A stretch of 24,798 nt of DNA from a virus (IMGVR_UViG_3300025606_000019:1-24798); one strand, 5' to 3'; numbered from the stretch's first letter, positions 1 to 9,834 are shown. The notes: generated from the letters alone by a model not told the origin. A program made the numbers and translations.

Positions 1-2
1 GA

Positions 3-1082
3 ACGGGGACGGTTACGTCAGTCGGATGGACGGGCGGCATTGTGTCAGTCGCAACGGCGACTACAACCCCAGCATTCACGATTGCGGGGACGTCGGGCGG
101 CGTTCCGTATTTTTCGAGCGGATCGGCCTGGGCCAGTTCAGGGGCGCTCACCCAATACGGCATAGTTTACGGTGGCGGAGCTGGCGCTGCACCTGTAGCA
201 ACGGCTGCTGGTACGACCGGCCAGTTTTTAGGCGCGAATACTGGCGGTGCTCCGACATGGCAATCGGTAAGCGCAGGATCGGCTGCGACTGCAACCACGC
301 TCGGGACGGTATACGGGGCGACTGGAAGCGGCTCGTCAACTGTTGCTCTAGGAAATAGTGCTGCATTAACAACCCCGTCGGCTAGTCAAGGCACAGCAAT
401 TGGGTATCAATCATTAAAAGCAAACACGGCAACAAACAATACCGCAGTTGGTTATAACTCAGGTGTTCTAGTAACAAGCGGTACGAGAAATACATTGGTA
501 GGTGGATTTGCATCAGAGCAACTTACCACGGGAGACCGCAATGTTATGCTTGGCTATGCAACCTCGTTTACTCTTACGAGCGGGAGCAACAATACTTGTC
601 TTGGACATCAGACGGACGTATCGGCGGCTGGTGCGTTAAATCAAACTGTTGTCGGTTACAGCATAGTTGGTAAAGGCGACAATACCGCATTCATTGGTGG
701 AACGTCTGGTGCTTATAACGGCGCAAATAGCGCAACTTGGTCAGTAACGTCAGACCGACGAATCAAGAAAAACATTGTCGACAACAATGTTGGTTTGGAT
801 GCAATAAAGTCAATTCAAATCCGTAATTTTGAATATCGTCTATCGAGTGAAATTGATCCTGAGCTTTCGCCCAATGTGGCAATTGAAAAATCTGGCGTTC
901 AACTCGGTGTTATTGCCCAAGAACTTCAGACGGTGCTGCCTGATTGCGTTAAACAAGAGTCAACCGGCGTTCTAAGTGTTAATCAAGATAATCTGACTTG
1001 GTACACAATTAACGCGATTAAGCAATTATCTGCCGCACTTGACGCTGCAAATGCGCGTATCGCTGCACTAGAAGCCAAATGA
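3..1082 (+). CDS. Tail fibre/tailspike C-terminal part with beta-helix repeats and intramolecular chaperone (peptidase S74-like) domain; 5'-truncated
   Basis: Frame is open from base 3 (TGTVTSVGWTGGIV...). It has a Gly/Ala/Thr-rich shaft, NTAVG/NTLVG/NVMLG/NTCLG repeats, the autocleavage motif SDRRIKKNI, GVIAQEL, and a terminal coiled coil (ANARIAALEAK). Confidence 0.9.
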   Translation, partial: TGTVTSVGWTGGIVSVATATTTPAFTIAGTSGGVPYFSSGSAWASSGALTQYGIVYGGGAGAAPVATAAGTTGQFLGANTGGAPTWQSVSAGSAATATTLGTVYGATGSGSSTVALGNSAALTTPSASQGTAIGYQSLKANTATNNTAVGYNSGVLVTSGTRNTLVGGFASEQLTTGDRNVMLGYATSFTLTSGSNNTCLGHQTDVSAAGALNQTVVGYSIVGKGDNTAFIGGTSGAYNGANSATWSVTSDRRIKKNIVDNNVGLDAIKSIQIRNFEYRLSSEIDPELSPNVAIEKSGVQLGVIAQELQTVLPDCVKQESTGVLSVNQDNLTWYTINAIKQLSAALDAANARIAALEAK

Positions 1083-1092
1083 AGGTAAGTGA

Positions 1093-1290
1093 ATGTCAGA
1101 CAACACTGAAACCAAACTAGCCGTGCACGAAGCTATTTGTGCCGAGAGATACAAGCAAATCTCTGATACGTTGGCTTCTGGCGACAAGCGGATGACCAAG
1201 ATCGAGTACCTTCTCTACGCAGTGATGGTAGCGGTGTTGTTTGGTCCAGGTGCAGCAGCAGAGTTTTTCAAAAAGATACTCGGGATATGA
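1093..1290 (+). CDS. Small single-TM phage protein (coiled coil plus C-terminal TM; holin/XhlA-like)
   Basis: HEAICAERY coiled coil followed by hydrophobic LLYAVMVAVLFG; GAAGGT RBS upstream; follows the tail fibre. Confidence 0.65.
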   Translation: MSDNTETKLAVHEAICAERYKQISDTLASGDKRMTKIEYLLYAVMVAVLFGPGAAAEFFKKILGI

Positions 1291-1291
1291 C

Positions 1292-1453
1292 ATGGAATCT
1301 TCTTTCGATCATGTTCTCAAGTTCTGGCCTGTATTTGCGGGTCTGATAAGCGTAGTGATCGTTCTTGCACAGCACCATCAACGTACTGCTGTGTTGGAAG
1401 AGAAGGTTAAAGTATTGTTTGATCTATATAATAAAATATCAGAGTCCAAGTAA
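1292..1453 (+). CDS. Small single-TM membrane protein
   Basis: ATG at 1292 lies just after the previous stop. FWPVFAGLISVVIVLA TM is followed by a short coiled coil. TAATG overlap with the next gene. Confidence 0.65.
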   Translation: MESSFDHVLKFWPVFAGLISVVIVLAQHHQRTAVLEEKVKVLFDLYNKISESK

Positions 1454-1791
1454 TGGACATGGATAATTTATCTTATGTGGAGTTTGGAGACAGAGACGGT
1501 TTAGGGACAATGCTGTTTGAGAACGGTGTTCAGCACAAATTGTTCTACGAACAGTTGGCTGACAAGGGCATCCTTATACCGCAGTATCCTTTGATAGACG
1601 CAGATCCGGATAACCTAGATGACTGGTTGTTTGTACACAACCAAGAACATGAAAGACTGGCAAGTCAACTGAACCTAGACAATCCGTTTCAGTTGATCAA
1701 CGCAGACTGGAATGTTGAAGATGACTTCTATGATTGGATAGGGGTACATTTGAGCATCCATCAACAGATTGTCAAAGTATTAGGACTGTAA
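1453..1791 (+). CDS. Hypothetical acidic, His-containing phage protein
   Basis: 112 aa; coupled by TAATG overlaps at both ends; two similar W..vH..(E/I)H motifs (WLFVHNQEH, WIGVHLSIH). Confidence 0.75.
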   Translation: MDMDNLSYVEFGDRDGLGTMLFENGVQHKLFYEQLADKGILIPQYPLIDADPDNLDDWLFVHNQEHERLASQLNLDNPFQLINADWNVEDDFYDWIGVHLSIHQQIVKVLGL

Positions 1792-2042
1792 TGGACCCTC
1801 AATTGGAACAAGCACAGGCCGCTACCCAGCAGTTCATGCAGCAGTATGGCCTGGATGCCAGGACTATGGCGTCTATAGGGCAGATGGCACAGGAGGCTAT
1901 ACGGGACCAGAGCCTGTATGCGCTCCTGCGTGAACAGTTGTTGGGCGCACAGATCCTCACAGAGAAAGAGCTACCAGAACAAGTTAATTACATGACCTTG
2001 GCCGCTCTTGCGACTATGGGCGCTCTGGCAGGAGGTCAGTAA
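1791..2042 (+). CDS. Hypothetical Gln/Ala-rich helical protein
   Basis: ATG at 1791 overlaps the previous TAA; GGAGG RBS for the next gene at its 3' end. Confidence 0.7.
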   Translation: MDPQLEQAQAATQQFMQQYGLDARTMASIGQMAQEAIRDQSLYALLREQLLGAQILTEKELPEQVNYMTLAALATMGALAGGQ

Positions 2043-3898
2043 TGGCTATAGATGCAGATGGCAACTTCTACAACCCATACTCACCGGGGACGTATGAGTA
2101 TGAAATGGAGGAAGGAACCCGTGGTCAAGAGCCTACTCCTGGTCCAGCACAAACTTTTTATGTAACTCCTGATCCACTCAGGGTTCAACAGCCGACTCCT
2201 CCCGCTGGGTTCAATACTTTTAATCAAATCACGGGTCTTATTCTATCTGTTGCGACTATGGCGGTTCCCGGACTTGGTGAAGCAATTGGATCTGCAATTC
2301 TTGGAGGATCTGCTGCAACTGTTGGATCTGCCGTTGGTTTGACTGCCGCGCAACTTAGTGCTGCTGTTGGCGCTTCTGCTATATCCGCTGCATCTACTGC
2401 CATTCAGGGTGGCACAGTAGAAGATGTTCTTAAAAATGCTGCCGGTGCGGGGGTTGCCTCTGGGCTTAACTTTGGTATGGGTGGCGGTGTTGCAGGAGCC
2501 GTAACAGGATCTGCTGTCGGAACCATTATCAGAGGTGGAGATGCAAGTCAGATAGTCACCAACGCATTTGCTGCTGGTGTTGGAGCTGGTGTGCAAGGTG
2601 CGTTGTCTGAAAATCCAGACGCAGGAAAAATCATTGGGACTGCTGCTAGGACGTACATAGCAACCGGCGGCAACATGGATCAGACGTTGTTAAACACAGC
2701 GTTAACGGCTATAGGCACTCTTGACCAACCTGCTAAGACCGCACAACAACTTCAAGCAGCATCTACGCCAGCAAAAATTTCTGAAGACCTTGTGCGATTT
2801 GAAGATAATGGTCTTACATATCAAGAACAGCCAGACGGGACAGCCAAAGTCACCGATCAGGCTGGAAATGAAAGGATTATAAGTTCTAGTGAATTTTCTA
2901 GAATTGCTAGTGCTGAATTTACTGCACAGCCGGTTACGCCTCCTGCACCAACTGATGCCACGGCGCTTGCTCAACAAACAATTACAACACCAGCGCCTGT
3001 CGTATCTCCAGTAGTCACAGACCTCGATCTGGTCAAGCAAGTCGCTGCACAACCAACTCCAACAGTTGATCCTAAAGAGTTAGAACGAGTCATAGTTCAA
3101 GGACAAGGCGCTAACGTAGCAAATGTAGCGCCTGTCTCAACAGAAATAACTACACCTCGGCCAGATACAACTAGAGGTCTTGCTCCTGTTGAGGTGCTTG
3201 GCAAGTATGAACAATTGCCAGAGCCAGGTTTTGAAGAGTACAAGCCTCTTCCTGAAGAAAAGAAAGCTGAAGTTGTTACAGATGTTCAACCAACAGCGCT
3301 ATCTCCTGTTGAAGTTCTAGGAAAATATGAACAGCTTCCAGAACCCGGATTTGAGGCATATCAACCTCTTCCTCCCAGATTGGAAGACGTTACTGTTCAG
3401 GGTTATTCAGACAAACCTGAAGTAGTTACTGACGTTCTAACCAGCAGGTCATTAGCGCCAGTTGAGGTTCTTGGTAAATATGATCAACTCCCAGAGCCGG
3501 GGTTTGAAGAATACAAACCGTTGCCAGAACAAAAAATTTCTGAAGTAGTCACGGATGTCCCAACGCCACCCACTGCGTTAGAGCCAGTCACTGTTACTCC
3601 ACCGCCTGTCGCTCCTCCTCCCCCTCCCGCTGCACCAGAAGTAAAAGCAGAAGAACCTAAGAAAGAAGAACCGGCAAAAGAAACCAAAAAGTTATATCCA
3701 ACCGTTACTAGCGTTCTTCCTCCTGCAAGACCGGGGAGACAACCTATAATCACGGGTGTTAGTCCCGCTAGATTACTGGCAGACGCTCTGGCTGCTTACC
3801 GGCCAGCAGGTGCTATAGAAGGTGAAGAGTCTGGGAAAGAAAGGCAAAATGTCTGGAATGAGAAATCACTGCGTCTCAAAGACGCTCTGGGGTTGTAA
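2042..3898 (+). CDS. Putative internal virion/ejection protein with Gly/Ala-rich membrane-inserting region and Pro-rich repeats
   Basis: 618 aa. Hydrophobic glycine-zipper-like N-terminal third, three LxPVEVLGKY(E/D)QLPEPGFExYxPLP repeats, Pro/Glu/Lys linker. First of four large genes after the tail fibre. Confidence 0.65.
   Translation: MAIDADGNFYNPYSPGTYEYEMEEGTRGQEPTPGPAQTFYVTPDPLRVQQPTPPAGFNTFNQITGLILSVATMAVPGLGEAIGSAILGGSAATVGSAVGLTAAQLSAAVGASAISAASTAIQGGTVEDVLKNAAGAGVASGLNFGMGGGVAGAVTGSAVGTIIRGGDASQIVTNAFAAGVGAGVQGALSENPDAGKIIGTAARTYIATGGNMDQTLLNTALTAIGTLDQPAKTAQQLQAASTPAKISEDLVRFEDNGLTYQEQPDGTAKVTDQAGNERIISSSEFSRIASAEFTAQPVTPPAPTDATALAQQTITTPAPVVSPVVTDLDLVKQVAAQPTPTVDPKELERVIVQGQGANVANVAPVSTEITTPRPDTTRGLAPVEVLGKYEQLPEPGFEEYKPLPEEKKAEVVTDVQPTALSPVEVLGKYEQLPEPGFEAYQPLPPRLEDVTVQGYSDKPEVVTDVLTSRSLAPVEVLGKYDQLPEPGFEEYKPLPEQKISEVVTDVPTPPTALEPVTVTPPPVAPPPPPAAPEVKAEEPKKEEPAKETKKLYPTVTSVLPPARPGRQPIITGVSPARLLADALAAYRPAGAIEGEESGKERQNVWNEKSLRLKDALGL
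3179..3559 (+). repeat. Three intragenic ~25-36 aa repeats
   Basis: Units start at 3179, 3299 and 3452; near-identical in protein but with many synonymous codon differences. Confidence 0.9.
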
Positions 3899-4909
3899 AT
3901 GAGTGAACTACGCAAGATGACCCGTATGGGTGGAGATCTCCGCAAGATTGCCCGTCTGCTGCAAGACAAGGGCAGGAACGGAGATACGATCCTGGCGCAC
4001 ATCAACCCCCGTGAGGCTGCACTCCTGCGTGAGCAAGGTGGTTCTGGAACTATCAACCCAGAGACCGGCCTTATGGAGTTTGAAGACGGTCTTGGCGCTG
4101 GTGGTCAAGACGAGGCTGGTTTGGATCGTCTGATCAGCCAGCAAGAAGCGGCATATCCAGACGCAGGCGTGAGCGATCAAATTCAGCCAGAAACATCAGG
4201 TTATTTTGATACAGCATATAGTCAATCAAAAGTTCCTTTCTCTGAAACTGTTGGCGCTCCCGCATTTAATACTGGATTTGAACGTGCTGCTGCTGCCGAA
4301 TTAGGTCCAACTCCAACGTCAAGCCAATTTGCCTTGACTGGCAGAGCAACACCGTTTGAACCTAGCCTTGCTGGTCCTGCGCCTGCCGGTCAAGCACCAG
4401 AGAAGAGCTTCTTGGAGTCTCTTTCCGGTGGTGACAAGGCTCGCCTGGGACTAGGTGCATTAGGTGGTCTCCAGACTGCATTGACAGCTCGCAAGGCTCG
4501 TCAGGGTGCACAGCAAGCAGCACAGCAGATCCGTGATATTGGTGCACCTTACCAACAGCGTGGCCTAGCAGAACAAGCCGCTGCTGCAAGAGGTGAGTTG
4601 ACCCCGGTTAACCAGCAGGCTCTGGAGGCACAACGCGCTCGTGCTGCCCAGGCTGGTGTTGCCCGTGGTGGCGTAGGTATTGCCCAACAGCAGAGAGCAG
4701 AGGAAGATCTGCGTAACCGTCTGTTAGCAGCACAGCAGGACTTTGGGTTAAAGTTGTCTGGTATTGGCGATCAATACACTGCCAGAGCCATCCAAGAGGG
4801 CATCCGTGCTGATGCAGAGATCTCTTCTTTGTACGGTCAGTATTTCGGTAACCTGACTAGACTGGCAGCACCTGCCGCCATTCAGGCAAGTCAACCTACC
4901 AAGGCGTAA
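3899..4909 (+). CDS. Putative internal virion (DNA ejection/pilot-like) protein
   Basis: N-terminal GRNGDTILAHINPREAALL..GGSGTINPETGL.EF motif, which I recognise from uncharacterised phage virion genes. LGLGALGGL segment and Gln/Ala-rich helical C-terminus. Confidence 0.65.
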   Translation: MSELRKMTRMGGDLRKIARLLQDKGRNGDTILAHINPREAALLREQGGSGTINPETGLMEFEDGLGAGGQDEAGLDRLISQQEAAYPDAGVSDQIQPETSGYFDTAYSQSKVPFSETVGAPAFNTGFERAAAAELGPTPTSSQFALTGRATPFEPSLAGPAPAGQAPEKSFLESLSGGDKARLGLGALGGLQTALTARKARQGAQQAAQQIRDIGAPYQQRGLAEQAAAARGELTPVNQQALEAQRARAAQAGVARGGVGIAQQQRAEEDLRNRLLAAQQDFGLKLSGIGDQYTARAIQEGIRADAEISSLYGQYFGNLTRLAAPAAIQASQPTKA

Positions 4910-4911
4910 TC

Positions 4912-6666
4912 ATGGCTGGACCTCAACTCCCGTTCACTGAAGTTCTTCAGACTCCATTGTCTTTTTTGGGAGTTGACACCAAGCCTGCTCAACCAACTAA
5001 TAGACTTGAGAAAGAAGCTGCCGATCTTGGAGCAAGAGAAGAAAAGTTTTTAACTTCTAACATTGATTTAACTCGCCAGCTTGGCGACATGATGATCAAA
5101 GATGCAGAGGGGAAAAATCTTCTCAAAATAAAAGAAAAAGAGTTAGAAGCAGAACACAGCAGAGAAAGAAAACGTATCCGAGACAGACTGGGAGAGGAGT
5201 ACTACAACTCTCCTGATATGCAAGAGTTTAAAAAGTTTGCTGACGAATCGGCAGACAAAATGATGTTTGTTCCAAGTGAAACCACAGCATCTTTATTGGG
5301 TGTTGTGTTTGCAACAATTGGTGCAACCGGACTGTTGTTAGGTGGATTGAGTAAGAACAATGCTAAAGCAGCATTGTCGGCTATGAACGGCATGGCAGAG
5401 GGATTCACCAGAGGAAAAGAAGACCTATACAAGCAAGAACGTCAGACGTTTGACACCAACGTCAAGGCCATGACGCAGCGTATGGCGATCTTGAAATCTA
5501 AACTTGATGTTGCTAGAGAGAAGATGAAGTATGACGCTGAATCAGCCGACATGGAGGCTAACGCAGCGTTTGCAGAAGCTGGTGCTGATTTTTTAAAAAC
5601 CAACAAAGACAAGTTTGGTTTGCAAGACAGCATCACCAAACTTGAGACCCAGATAAAACAGAATGATACCTGGGCTAGGTTGATGGAAACCAAGAAAAGT
5701 GCTGCCATAAAAGAATTGGAAGCACAAAGGTTTAAAGCTCACGAATCTGAATTGACTAGAAACCAACAAATGTCAATTCAAAAAATGTTGGAGTCTGGAA
5801 GAGAAGAAAGAGCGGCAGAAAGTATTGCGGCTGCAAACGCGAGAGCAGCATCAGACAGACAAACCAGAGCATTGATTGCTCAAATGGGGCAACAGGGCGT
5901 CCAGCCAATTGGCATGGCAGATGGAAAACTTGTTGTAATGGATAAGTCAGGGAAAATAACTTCTGTAGATGTTCCAGAAGGGTTTACAGGAACTGGGAAA
6001 CTTGCTGAAAAAACGCCTAAAACTCCTGGGGCAAGAGATGCTTATGGGTTTGGCGAAATTGTTGCTGGAGCTTCAAACGAGGCTGCAAAAACATTGACAA
6101 ATATTATGGGGCTTCCAGCCGAAAGTACAAGTGGAATTTTTGGAGGCAGGCAAACAACAAGTTTGTTCACCGCTCCAATTGATGCTTTTGCAAATAGGTT
6201 GACACCAGAGTCTGCACAGAGATATCAAGCAGAAATGAACAAACTTGCCTATTACATTGCTCAAATGCAGAAAGGAGGCAGGGTAGTTGGAGCGACGGAA
6301 GTCGGGGTAATCAACAAATCATTAGAAATTAGAACAAACGACACAATTGAAACAGTTGCAACAAGGCTCGCTCAGGCAAGGCAGATGGCAGAAAAAATTA
6401 TTGAAATCAAGGTTGCAAGCCTAAACACCCCAGAACCGTTAAAAGAAATTTACAAACAAAACTTAAAAGACATTCAGGATTCTGTTCCGTTTACCGTTGA
6501 AAGTATTAATAAATTTGTTCAAAGAAAGACGGGTGCGACAACTTTTGGTGAGTCATTCAAAGAAAGGTATAAGACCCCAGAGCCAACGGCAGATGATAGG
6601 GCATTGGGAAGATCAAGTCCTGAAATGAAAAAGAAGTTTGTTGCAAAATTTGGGGTTGAACCGTAA
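4912..6666 (+). CDS. Putative internal virion/ejection protein (coiled coil, one hydrophobic segment)
   Basis: 584 aa, helical; TM-like ASLLGVVFATIGATGLLLGGL; TAATG overlap with the next gene. Confidence 0.6.
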   Translation: MAGPQLPFTEVLQTPLSFLGVDTKPAQPTNRLEKEAADLGAREEKFLTSNIDLTRQLGDMMIKDAEGKNLLKIKEKELEAEHSRERKRIRDRLGEEYYNSPDMQEFKKFADESADKMMFVPSETTASLLGVVFATIGATGLLLGGLSKNNAKAALSAMNGMAEGFTRGKEDLYKQERQTFDTNVKAMTQRMAILKSKLDVAREKMKYDAESADMEANAAFAEAGADFLKTNKDKFGLQDSITKLETQIKQNDTWARLMETKKSAAIKELEAQRFKAHESELTRNQQMSIQKMLESGREERAAESIAAANARAASDRQTRALIAQMGQQGVQPIGMADGKLVVMDKSGKITSVDVPEGFTGTGKLAEKTPKTPGARDAYGFGEIVAGASNEAAKTLTNIMGLPAESTSGIFGGRQTTSLFTAPIDAFANRLTPESAQRYQAEMNKLAYYIAQMQKGGRVVGATEVGVINKSLEIRTNDTIETVATRLAQARQMAEKIIEIKVASLNTPEPLKEIYKQNLKDIQDSVPFTVESINKFVQRKTGATTFGESFKERYKTPEPTADDRALGRSSPEMKKKFVAKFGVEP

Positions 6667-9413
6667 TGGCTAAAGAACTTCCTGATTGGGCAAAAGAACC
6701 TGATCCATCGGCTCCTAAAGAAAAGTCTGGGATGGAGGCTATAACTAGCACGATTCCATCTGGATACATTGGTGGCCTGTTTGCTCCAGAGGCGATGGAA
6801 ACTGCCGGGGTAGGACTCACGGCACTTGGAAAATCCTTGTCAACCATGCCCGGATACCCAGGGATGATTGGCAAAGCAACACAAGTTGTTGGACCTACGA
6901 TTACGGCGACGGGTGAAGCACTCCGTGGATCAAGAATGGCATCTGGTTTGGGCGGTGCGTTTACTGCTGTTGCTGGAGAGTCTACAGCTCAAGCAGCAAA
7001 AGAAATGGGCGCAGGACGGGTTGGAGAAGAAACTGCAAGAATTTTGGGATCAATTGTTGCCCCTCTTCCTTTTCAAATGTTTGGAAGCACAATTGGAAAG
7101 GTAGTTGGAATGCTGCCATCTATGAGAGCAGCTAGAACTTTTGGCGAGTTTCTTCAGGAAAAAGGGATCACAGCAGCAGAGGTTGAAAAACTGAGCAGTG
7201 CAAACAAAAAGTTTTTGCAAGAAAAGGCTTCTGAACTTCGCGCAGGAGGAGAGCGTTCTCGTGCGGCAGAAATTGAAATTGCTAATTTATTTAAGACCCA
7301 AGCCAAGAACATAAATGAAATTGCAGAACAACGTGCGTCTGCACTAGAATCAGAAGCGGAAAAAATTATCAAGGAAGCCACGAATGCCGGTGGAAAAATT
7401 ACGGCAGACATGGACAAGAGGATAGCCAATCTTCGCAGCCAGTTTGATTCTGCTGCCGACACTTTGCGATCAAACGCTCAGGGTGAAGCAAGATTGAGAA
7501 TTGAAGCGGGTGCAAAACGCGCTGCAATTATTAGGAAAAACTCGGCCAATCAAAGTGCATCGGTTAGGCAACTTGCGGAAAACGATGCTCAAGCAGCAAT
7601 TTTTTCAGCACAACAAGAAGCAGATCAATTGCTGATTGATTCTGAAATTAAGATTGCAACATCTCAAATTAGAATTGAAAATCAACAAAGAAGGCTTTCG
7701 GAATTTAAATCAAAATATGATCCATTCCGTTCTGCCCAGGGCGGTTTGTTGGGAGACCCTATTCTTCCAACTAATCTTGGCAAAGAAATTAGAACTTCTT
7801 TTGACAGCAGGCTAACTGATTTAAACAAAGCAAGAGAAGATCTTTCAAAGCCATTTAGAGATAAATGGAAACAGAACGTCTCCTCTCAAGAAGAAAAAGG
7901 AATTACTTACAGAAACACTTCCGCTTACGACGAAGCGTTGAATGCAATACAAGCAGAAAAAATAGATCCCAAAACAGGATTTGTAAGAGTTACAGATTCA
8001 AAGGCTTCTGGTCAGATTGACAATTTGTTAAAACAAATTAACCCTGTAGAACGTCGAGTCAACGAAGCCGGTCAAGCAATAGAAGTTCCTATTAAAGTTT
8101 CTGCTGATGCTTTAGAAATAACTTTGCGACGTTTAAAAGACAGAGCATCTGGATTGCCAGCAGAAGGTGTTGATGCTATAGATCAACAGCTTGCTGGCAG
8201 GCTTGCCAAGTACGTTGAAAAAATTCTAGACGAATTTTCTGGCAAATATTATTTGGCATATAAAGATGCTTATAGAAAAGGATCTGGGCCAATCAATGAA
8301 TTTCTCAGCAGACTTGGTGCAAAAGTTACTGGCAAGCCAGAAGGGTTTAATGTTGGTGACTATTTAGAGCGGTTGCCAGAACTTGGTCAATCAACTTTCC
8401 GTAGTGCGGTCACGGCAGACCAACTGTTGACCGTAGTAGGAAAAGAAGAGGCCAATCGTTTGGCAAAAGGGTTTTTGGCAGACCAAATTGGAAAACCAAC
8501 CCCTGGGAAAATTGAACAAGTTTTGAATTCCAACAGAGACTGGTTGGCATTAGAAGAGTTTAAAAACCTTAGGAAATCATTAGAAACTGCTGCTTCAAAT
8601 TTAAAGAAAGCAGATACTCAAGAATCTAGAATTGATATACTTCAAAAAGCACTTGGCGTAAGGCTGACAAACTTGCCCCAAGCGCCTCAACGAGCAGCAG
8701 AGTCTATTGCTGCAAAAGGACAAATTGCCGCGCAAAGAAGAATGGCGCAAGGAGAATCTGCTGTTAGAGGAATAGAGAAGAGAACAGAAGAAAAAGTAAA
8801 AAAATTCACTCCAGAACTTCAAGACATTAGACAGCAACAAGAAGCGCAAATCACATCTGGAGCAAAATCCGTAGAGAGACGAGCTGCAGATTTGAAAGAA
8901 GAAGCGTCTACCAAAGCAGAAGAACTTAGGAAAACCGCAAAAGAAGTTGCTGAACCCTTGACCAAAGAAGCTGCTGCTATTAGAGATCAGGCTCAGAAAA
9001 AAGTTCAAACTCTTTTGGCAGACACCACTGATGAAAGTATGTTTGAAAGAATTGTTCTTGGTAGCAAGGATAGTGAGTGGCAGGCTATGGGCGAAGCCAT
9101 CAGATCCTCTCCTGGCGGCAAAGAAAAGTTTGCTGATGCCGTCAGCCAGTTGATTGCTAGGAAAGCAGAACGCAGTTTGTCTGGCGCAAGAGACACTATG
9201 GAGTCTATGGGAGAACGTGCCGTTAATTATGGCTTGATGGACAGGAATGCCGTTGAAGCACTGAAATCAAAGTTAAACGAAATTTACGTTGCTCCAATTA
9301 GCCTTAAAGAAAAAACATCAATGATTTCTAGGTTGGTAAAAAACGCAATCACTGGTTACGCATATCCTGCTGTTGGTAGGGCTGGCGCTGCGTTTGGAGA
9401 GGCCACGAAATGA
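6666..9413 (+). CDS. Large internal virion/ejection protein (coiled-coil rich)
   Basis: 915 aa; Gly/Ala-rich N-terminus and long Ala/Glu/Lys helices. Position matches the largest ejection protein in podovirus gene order. Confidence 0.6.
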   Translation: MAKELPDWAKEPDPSAPKEKSGMEAITSTIPSGYIGGLFAPEAMETAGVGLTALGKSLSTMPGYPGMIGKATQVVGPTITATGEALRGSRMASGLGGAFTAVAGESTAQAAKEMGAGRVGEETARILGSIVAPLPFQMFGSTIGKVVGMLPSMRAARTFGEFLQEKGITAAEVEKLSSANKKFLQEKASELRAGGERSRAAEIEIANLFKTQAKNINEIAEQRASALESEAEKIIKEATNAGGKITADMDKRIANLRSQFDSAADTLRSNAQGEARLRIEAGAKRAAIIRKNSANQSASVRQLAENDAQAAIFSAQQEADQLLIDSEIKIATSQIRIENQQRRLSEFKSKYDPFRSAQGGLLGDPILPTNLGKEIRTSFDSRLTDLNKAREDLSKPFRDKWKQNVSSQEEKGITYRNTSAYDEALNAIQAEKIDPKTGFVRVTDSKASGQIDNLLKQINPVERRVNEAGQAIEVPIKVSADALEITLRRLKDRASGLPAEGVDAIDQQLAGRLAKYVEKILDEFSGKYYLAYKDAYRKGSGPINEFLSRLGAKVTGKPEGFNVGDYLERLPELGQSTFRSAVTADQLLTVVGKEEANRLAKGFLADQIGKPTPGKIEQVLNSNRDWLALEEFKNLRKSLETAASNLKKADTQESRIDILQKALGVRLTNLPQAPQRAAESIAAKGQIAAQRRMAQGESAVRGIEKRTEEKVKKFTPELQDIRQQQEAQITSGAKSVERRAADLKEEASTKAEELRKTAKEVAEPLTKEAAAIRDQAQKKVQTLLADTTDESMFERIVLGSKDSEWQAMGEAIRSSPGGKEKFADAVSQLIARKAERSLSGARDTMESMGERAVNYGLMDRNAVEALKSKLNEIYVAPISLKEKTSMISRLVKNAITGYAYPAVGRAGAAFGEATK

Positions 9414-9607
9414 GTAAGAAGCGTGGCATCAGCACAGAGTTGGAGAAGGCTATCGCAGATATGCTGCGCGTGACCATCTCTGACCCGGAAGCCAGTCTTG
9501 ATGCTAAGATGAAGGTTATCGACCGTGCGCTGAAGTTGGAAGCTCTGCGTCTGAAAGACGAGGGTTCTGACTGGGGTACGGGTTTTATGAACGATGACGA
9601 TGAGTAA
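9410..9607 (+). CDS. Small helical hypothetical protein (possible small terminase-like)
   Basis: ATGA overlap, GGAGAGG RBS; amphipathic helices with acidic tail. Function is a guess from size and position. Confidence 0.6.
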   Translation: MSKKRGISTELEKAIADMLRVTISDPEASLDAKMKVIDRALKLEALRLKDEGSDWGTGFMNDDDE

Positions 9608-9612
9608 TCTAT

Positions 9613-9834
9613 ATGGAAGCCATTCAATTGATCAAACTAGCCTTGACCGTGGTGACGGACAGGCTTATTACCGTCCTAGCCCTGCTGACCTCGTGTGGTC
9701 TAGGATGCTGGACAATGTGGAACCCAACGTGGGAGCGGGTGGCAACACTTGGCATCTATGTGGTTTTCTGTTACCTAACGATTGTTGCCAAGGAGTATCG
9801 AAATGAAGAGCCGTCTCCACCAACGGGACCATGA
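9613..9834 (+). CDS. Small two-TM membrane protein (holin candidate)
   Basis: Two hydrophobic segments (LITVLALLTSCGLGCW; VATLGIYVVFCYLTIVA) and a charged C-terminus. Confidence 0.6.
   Translation: MEAIQLIKLALTVVTDRLITVLALLTSCGLGCWTMWNPTWERVATLGIYVVFCYLTIVAKEYRNEEPSPPTGP

Noticed and set aside
3-1082. Diversity-generating retroelement or invertible tail-fibre system
   Set aside because: No reverse transcriptase, invertase or duplicated template region is visible in the window.
9613-9834. LTSC lipobox plus C-terminal TM suggesting a unimolecular spanin
   Set aside because: Only about 15 residues separate the Cys from the TM, too short to span the periplasm; a two-TM protein is more plausible.
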